From: Silvanigrellaceae bacterium
GTDB taxonomy: Bacteria; Bdellovibrionota_B; Oligoflexia; Silvanigrellales; Silvanigrellaceae
Reading direction: 5' to 3'
DNA length: 59,505 nt
Assembly: GCA_049423385.1 (NCBI GenBank)
Contig: JBMSQQ010000007.1
Location: 1-59,505, forward strand
Position numbers and translations under genes: made by a program. Positions 55,196 through 59,505 of this stretch are shown here, piece after piece (the stretch's first letter is position 1; each line of letters begins with the position of its first letter). Below the pieces are notes generated by a model. It made no database searches. It had not been told where the DNA came from and was given only the letters and a program-made list of their open reading frames with translations.

Positions 55196-57028
55196 TTGTT
55201 TGGTCCGCAACAAATAAGAGACCTCGCATCGTCGCAATTGGCGAATTTGCTTCGCCTGAAACCCGCATTGATCAGGGAAATCAAATTTGTCCTGGTCATC
55301 TGTCTCTGGGTTGGATTTTACGTTGCCATCATGCGACACCGCTGGACCGAAATCGAAGAGCGGGATTTGGTGCGAAACTTTGTTGAAAGTAATTCCAAAT
55401 CCGTTGTGAATTTCGAAGAAAGATTCAAATTCTGGGATTTTCAGGCAAAACGTTTATCGGTCTTTGTCGCAGACCTGACGCCCTCTTCCCTCAAACTCCA
55501 GAATGAATCGTGGTCTTCCATCTACGACGCACACCCCGAGTGGTTGGCAACCTACGTGATCACAAAACGGCAAGGCTTCGAACCCGGAATCGCTCTGACA
55601 CTCACTTCGAAAAAATTGCGGGCATGGCTGCCTCAGGACAAAGACACACCAATCTCATGGAGCGACGAGGCCCAATCCGCCGCCACTCAACTGGTTGCCG
55701 GAAAAACCGCAAATCAACCCCTGGTGATGCAGCTCATCAGAAGCATCGACAAGGAAAACTTCTGGGTTCAGGTCGTTTTCAAGTCACAGAAGGCGAATCC
55801 AGGATGGTCTTCCTGGGTAGTTCATACTTTTTCGGAAAAAATCCTGCCTGAACTTCTGGAATACACGCCCGAGCATGATTCGATCATCTTTTTCCCGAAT
55901 ACCAAAAAAATGATCTCCTCAAGGGAATTCAGCAGGCACAAAATCGAAGCGAGCGAGTTGATAGGGCTGTTGGAAAAAAACAGCACAAACGACAAGGGGT
56001 TCAGCGAACAGAGTTTTGCCATCGCGAAGAAAAATGTTTGGGTCGGATGGAAATACTCCAAAAATCTGGACGCATCATTGATCAAAATCCTCGCGAACGA
56101 AAAGATTCCCACCACAGGGAACAGGGAAACGCCCTCGTTGCTTGCAGATTGGTTGCTTTCACTGATCTGGATGACCCTGACCGCCATAGGACTGTGGATA
56201 AGTTACAGCAAAAACCTCTGGCGCTTGAACCTTCAGGAGCTTCCCGCAGCGCAGGATCTTGAGAATCAAAAGGCGCTTTTGTCTGACCCTTACTCCAAGG
56301 ACAAACACAAAACGCTCACTTCGACACTGTTGTCGGATCTCGACTCGGAACGTGAATTTTGTCGTCACCTTCTGACCGATGTTGGACCCATTGGTGATGT
56401 TGCCCTTTCAGGCAATGGTCGTGCCACCGTGGAAGTCTCGGCATCATCACGCTACAAAGGCTCCTGGTGGATTATTCAGAGTATCGATGAAAACAGAATT
56501 CTTGTTGCCATCGGTGACGCCTCGGGCGAAGGAATCGCAGCAGGGACTGCAGCCTATTCAGTTCGACATTTCATTGAAGTGATTATCCAAAGAGAGTGCA
56601 CATCTCGCGATACTGAGAGTTTCCTGACTTTGGTTTACGATCTTTGTGCGCAAGCAACCGAGGGAGTGTTGTTGGGCTCCGCGCACGTTGCCTTGTTCGC
56701 CGGGATCATCGAAATCGATAAACAAAAACTTTGCTTCCTGAATGCAGGGTTCCCCTCACCCGTGCTGAAACTGGGCGGCAAAAAGAAAATCAGCCTTTTT
56801 TCATTCGTTGACCCGATTGGCTTGGGAAGCGAATCTCATCCGCTTCCACACTGGGTCAACCTTACCCCCCAATCCCATCTGCTGTTGTGCAACATCGGCG
56901 CGAGAAACATGGATTTGGACGAATTGGATGACTCCGAGCTCATCAAGATTCATGTTTATCCTTTCGAAAGTCAGCAAGAGGATGCCGAGGTCTCAGGACA
57001 AATCAGTTCAGAGCACGAGGCTGCTTGA
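55196..57028 (+). CDS. Membrane sensor: TM, periplasmic domain, TM, degenerate SpoIIE/PP2C-like domain
   Basis: Two TMs; VAIGDASGEGIAAG, FLNAGFPSP, PIGLG. TTG 55196 chosen for its GGAGG RBS; the ORF is open from 55154. Confidence 0.7.
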   Translation: MFGPQQIRDLASSQLANLLRLKPALIREIKFVLVICLWVGFYVAIMRHRWTEIEERDLVRNFVESNSKSVVNFEERFKFWDFQAKRLSVFVADLTPSSLKLQNESWSSIYDAHPEWLATYVITKRQGFEPGIALTLTSKKLRAWLPQDKDTPISWSDEAQSAATQLVAGKTANQPLVMQLIRSIDKENFWVQVVFKSQKANPGWSSWVVHTFSEKILPELLEYTPEHDSIIFFPNTKKMISSREFSRHKIEASELIGLLEKNSTNDKGFSEQSFAIAKKNVWVGWKYSKNLDASLIKILANEKIPTTGNRETPSLLADWLLSLIWMTLTAIGLWISYSKNLWRLNLQELPAAQDLENQKALLSDPYSKDKHKTLTSTLLSDLDSEREFCRHLLTDVGPIGDVALSGNGRATVEVSASSRYKGSWWIIQSIDENRILVAIGDASGEGIAAGTAAYSVRHFIEVIIQRECTSRDTESFLTLVYDLCAQATEGVLLGSAHVALFAGIIEIDKQKLCFLNAGFPSPVLKLGGKKKISLFSFVDPIGLGSESHPLPHWVNLTPQSHLLLCNIGARNMDLDELDDSELIKIHVYPFESQQEDAEVSGQISSEHEAA

Positions 57029-57061
57029 GCCCCGAAACGCCCAAAAACATCGGCACAAACG

Positions 57062-57092
57062 AAAAAGCCGCCCATTGGGCGGCTTTTTTTTT
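57062..57092. terminator. Bidirectional intrinsic terminator
   Basis: AAAAAGCCGCCCA-T-TGGGCGGCTTTTTTTTT between the convergent CDS and tRNA. Confidence 0.9.
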
Positions 57093-57098
57093 AAAGAG

Positions 57099-57174
57099 TG
57101 GCTCCCCAGGCCGGATTTGAACCGACGACACGCGGATTAACAGTCCGCTGCTCTACCGACTGAGCTACTGGGGA
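57099..57174 (-). tRNA. tRNA-Asn (GTT)
   Basis: TCCCCAGTAGCTCAGTCGGTAGAGCAGCGGACTGTTAATCCGCGTGTCGTCGGTTCAAATCCGGCCTGGGGAGCCA; 76 nt, full cloverleaf, encoded CCA. Confidence 0.97.
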
Positions 57175-57184
57175 ACGCGAACTC

Positions 57185-57213
57185 TCTATAAGGTCTCGCT
57201 GTATGAAGGTCAA
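57185..57213 (-). promoter_or_regulatory. Sigma70 promoter of tRNA-Asn
   Basis: TTGACC-N17-TATAGA, 10 nt upstream of the tRNA. Confidence 0.65.
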
Positions 57214-57224
57214 GCGACCAAGAT

Positions 57225-57254
57225 AAAAAAAAAGGGCTTACGGAATAAGCCCTT
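57225..57254 (-). terminator. Intrinsic terminator overlapping the stop codon of the NrtR-like gene
   Basis: AAGGGCTTA-TTCCG-TAAGCCCTT followed by a T run. Confidence 0.8.
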
Positions 57255-57903
57255 CGCCCTTCAACACTTCACCCTTAACCCAGGCAAACTCCCAACGATG
57301 GACTCGCTGGCCAGCAACCAAGGGATTCAAAACATCGAGCCTCTTGAGGCGGCGATGGAAGTTGCCAGGGTCGATTTCCTGCCCCGACAAGAGCCCCACG
57401 AGCAAACGCAGGTCCTGAATCGAAAAGACCTTGGGCAGCAGCTCGAACGCCAGTGATGAATGGCGAATCCAAAACGGAACCAAGGCCAGCGCATCGCGAA
57501 CGAACAGTCGGCAGTCATGAGACAAATGACTGTGCTCAGCAAAAAGCTCTTCAGGCGTCAGCCAGATTCCACGAGCATCAGGCGCCAGTTCAGAAGGAAC
57601 GGCAACAACACGAACAATCGCAACACTTTGCGAACCTTCAAAAAGCAAGTCACGATCGTAAACGTCTACGACCCTGTCCTTGCATTTCGGTGAAGAAATC
57701 CATGAAGACAACTCATCTGCGTCAACCGGCGCAAACAAGTCACGCAGTATATATTCCAACGCAGATTTCTGAAGAACATCGGTCTTGAGAAGCTGGTGGG
57801 GAAGCACTTGCTTCTCGGTGGTCGAGTCGCGGCGCACAAGCACCCTCAACTCGCCCGTGTGGGTCGAAACGGGAACAAGAACCAACTCGGTTTTTGCGGA
57901 CAT
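57238..57903 (-). CDS. NrtR-like regulator (degenerate Nudix domain plus winged helix)
   Basis: C-terminal FELLPKVFSIQDL...IDPGNFHRRL; N-terminal ELRVLVRR...LP. Confidence 0.75.
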   Translation of the reverse strand: MSAKTELVLVPVSTHTGELRVLVRRDSTTEKQVLPHQLLKTDVLQKSALEYILRDLFAPVDADELSSWISSPKCKDRVVDVYDRDLLFEGSQSVAIVRVVAVPSELAPDARGIWLTPEELFAEHSHLSHDCRLFVRDALALVPFWIRHSSLAFELLPKVFSIQDLRLLVGLLSGQEIDPGNFHRRLKRLDVLNPLVAGQRVHRWEFAWVKGEVLKGEGLIP

Positions 57904-57914
57904 GGGCTGAGTCC

Positions 57915-59399
57915 TCACTTCTTGGCTTGGGGACTCTGCCCTCCTTGATCAAGACGGGTCAGAACGTCAAGCCATTTTGTTTCCATCACGAATACATCCG
58001 GTGTATCGACGCGCTTCACATACACAGATTTTTCGTTGTTGGGAACCCTATTTCCAACCAGAATTTCGCTCTGAAACTTTTTTTCGTCGGCCGAGGCCAA
58101 AGTGAAGCGGGCTATGGGTTTGTCGAGACCAAATTCCGTCAGTTTTGTTGTTCCTTCGGCATCTAAAACATCTTCGGCCGTTGCGAACTCCCAATCCTCG
58201 ACAAACTTGCGAGCATCCTCATTTGCGACTTTCTCGGGTTTCTTGGGATCCGCAGCCGCAACCGCTCCCACAAGATACCAATTTTTCTCCTCTTTTTGGT
58301 ACACTTTTCCTGATGACGTCTTCAACTTACTGACATCATTAAAGGAAACCCCGGTAAATACCCTGCGGTCGCGAAAGTATTTCAGCGGAGGCACCAAATC
58401 GGGGAACTTCGACAGCTCAAAGCTCCCCACTGCGCCATCACTCAGGGTCGCATGCAGCGCGTCCGTCGTCAGACCCACCTCAATTTTCTGGAGAACTTTC
58501 CCACCGTCGCCCTTCAGCACCAGAGTTGCATTTGGCTGAACCAATCCCAGGCTCGCCTTGTTCTGATCATTGATGGCTGCAGCCTCAGTGATTTTATCGG
58601 ATCTGAGTCGAGTCCATGAATCAAGGTAAAGCCCAACCTGATTGTTGTCGGCCTTCAATGTCTTTGGCTTGGTGATCGACCATTTGCTTTGTCCATTTTC
58701 CTGCGATTTGGCCAAGGCAACAACTGAACCCTCATTCCGGGTCAGTTCAAATTCCTTGACGTCGGTAACCGAGAAATCGCCTATGATCTTGGATCTGAAG
58801 TCTTTCAGCTCCTTCGACAACGAAGAGACAATCGCCGAACCAACCACAAGCAATCCCTTGCGCTCGCTCGAGACGGCGTAAACAGAAAGTGCGTTGAATG
58901 CAGCGCCAGCGCCTGCACCGATGTTAAGATCACCGCCGAGCCAAATCTTCAGATTTTTGGCCTTCGTTCCTGCATCCTTGTTGGCAGCAACATCAATCTC
59001 AACCTGGCTGCGAGGTGGCTCAAATCCATAGTCCTTTCCGGCCGCAAGATTGCCCGCCTTGATGCTGTCCACAACCTTTTGGGCATCTTCGATATTTTGC
59101 TCGTAATTCGTGGACTGCACAGCAGACAACAGATTGTTGACCGTGTCCTGATCCGGTTGAGGTCCAACAGGTTCGCTCATCTTCCAGTTGGAGGTTGAGT
59201 TCTCCCGTTGAAACACAAATTTTCCGGACTTGTTTTGAACAGTGAGCTTGACCACATCCTTGGTCTCGAAATCAACAACTTTGACTTCCTGCTTTTTGCT
59301 CGCCTGCTCCTTTTCCGAATAATACTCGTCCAGCGCAACACCACCCCAAATGGCGGCACCCACGGCAATTGCAGCCGTGAGCTTGACCCAACTCTTCAT
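57915..59399 (-). CDS. DUF4340 domain protein (three repeats), Gld-type ABC accessory protein
   Basis: N-terminal TM; repeated W.i..P...aD...V, YGFEPP / LGLVQP / FGLDKP motifs. Confidence 0.8.
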   Translation of the reverse strand: MKSWVKLTAAIAVGAAIWGGVALDEYYSEKEQASKKQEVKVVDFETKDVVKLTVQNKSGKFVFQRENSTSNWKMSEPVGPQPDQDTVNNLLSAVQSTNYEQNIEDAQKVVDSIKAGNLAAGKDYGFEPPRSQVEIDVAANKDAGTKAKNLKIWLGGDLNIGAGAGAAFNALSVYAVSSERKGLLVVGSAIVSSLSKELKDFRSKIIGDFSVTDVKEFELTRNEGSVVALAKSQENGQSKWSITKPKTLKADNNQVGLYLDSWTRLRSDKITEAAAINDQNKASLGLVQPNATLVLKGDGGKVLQKIEVGLTTDALHATLSDGAVGSFELSKFPDLVPPLKYFRDRRVFTGVSFNDVSKLKTSSGKVYQKEEKNWYLVGAVAAADPKKPEKVANEDARKFVEDWEFATAEDVLDAEGTTKLTEFGLDKPIARFTLASADEKKFQSEILVGNRVPNNEKSVYVKRVDTPDVFVMETKWLDVLTRLDQGGQSPQAKK

Positions 59400-59505
59400 G
59401 CAGACCTCCGACGCATGTAAATGTACAAGCCGGAGAGAGCAGTCAGGAGAGGAAGAATGAAGGCGAAAAGAAGCACGTAATTGGCTGGATTCCGCTCCAT
59501 CTTGA
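59396..59505 (-). CDS. 3' end of a GldG-like ABC-system membrane protein (5'-truncated by window end)
   Basis: ...NYVLLFAFILPLLTALSGLYIYMRRRSA*; TGA overlaps the ATG of the DUF4340 gene. Confidence 0.6.
   Translation of the reverse strand, partial: KMERNPANYVLLFAFILPLLTALSGLYIYMRRRSA

Noticed and set aside
57030..57240. Genomic island or prophage integrated at tRNA-Asn
   Set aside because: No integrase, no duplicate of the tRNA 3' end noticed, and an intact terminator follows directly.

Overview
A gene-dense chromosomal window of about 52% GC (by eye). Gene content and lipoprotein style suggest Bdellovibrionota/Oligoflexia (inference only). I found no mobile element, CRISPR array or rRNA. 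From left to right: (1) two tandem DUF1566/Lcl-type Cys-rich surface proteins, the first 5'-truncated, then a lipoprotein whose C-terminal domain resembles the metazoan ABI3BP(TARSH)/FNDC1 C-terminal domain; (2) a ~17.5 kb minus-strand envelope operon, elbB-lolC/E-lolD-bamA-skp-lpxD-fabZ-lpxA-lpxB-msbA-lpxK-rppH-wzz-scoA-scoB-aroA; (3) a KamA radical SAM gene, a CarH/LitR-like B12 MerR regulator, a double-FHA protein, DUF1844-greA, an AI-2E transporter with an ECF sigma/anti-sigma pair, and lipoprotein-J-domain-M20 peptidase; (4) ccsA-like/asparaginase/hemA/hemC/divergent hemD, a fused 2-oxoacid dehydrogenase E1, DUF2141 and bolA-grxD; (5) an accessory secreted-protein locus containing a trypsin-like lipoprotein with a very long His-Ser spacing, convergent on a minus-strand run of oomycete-type transglutaminase-elicitor lipoprotein, TatT-like protein, MetA-type beta-barrel and Cys-rich coiled-coil lipoprotein; (6) a degenerate SpoIIE/PP2C sensor, tRNA-Asn(GTT), an NrtR-like regulator, DUF4340 and the 3' end of a GldG-like gene. 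The most novel-looking items are the transglutaminase locus (with a hairpin burying the RBS and start codon of its second gene), the TARSH_C-like lipoprotein, the expanded trypsin-like lipoprotein and a recurring sigma28-like motif upstream of secreted lipoproteins. All family assignments come from recognised motifs, not database searches.
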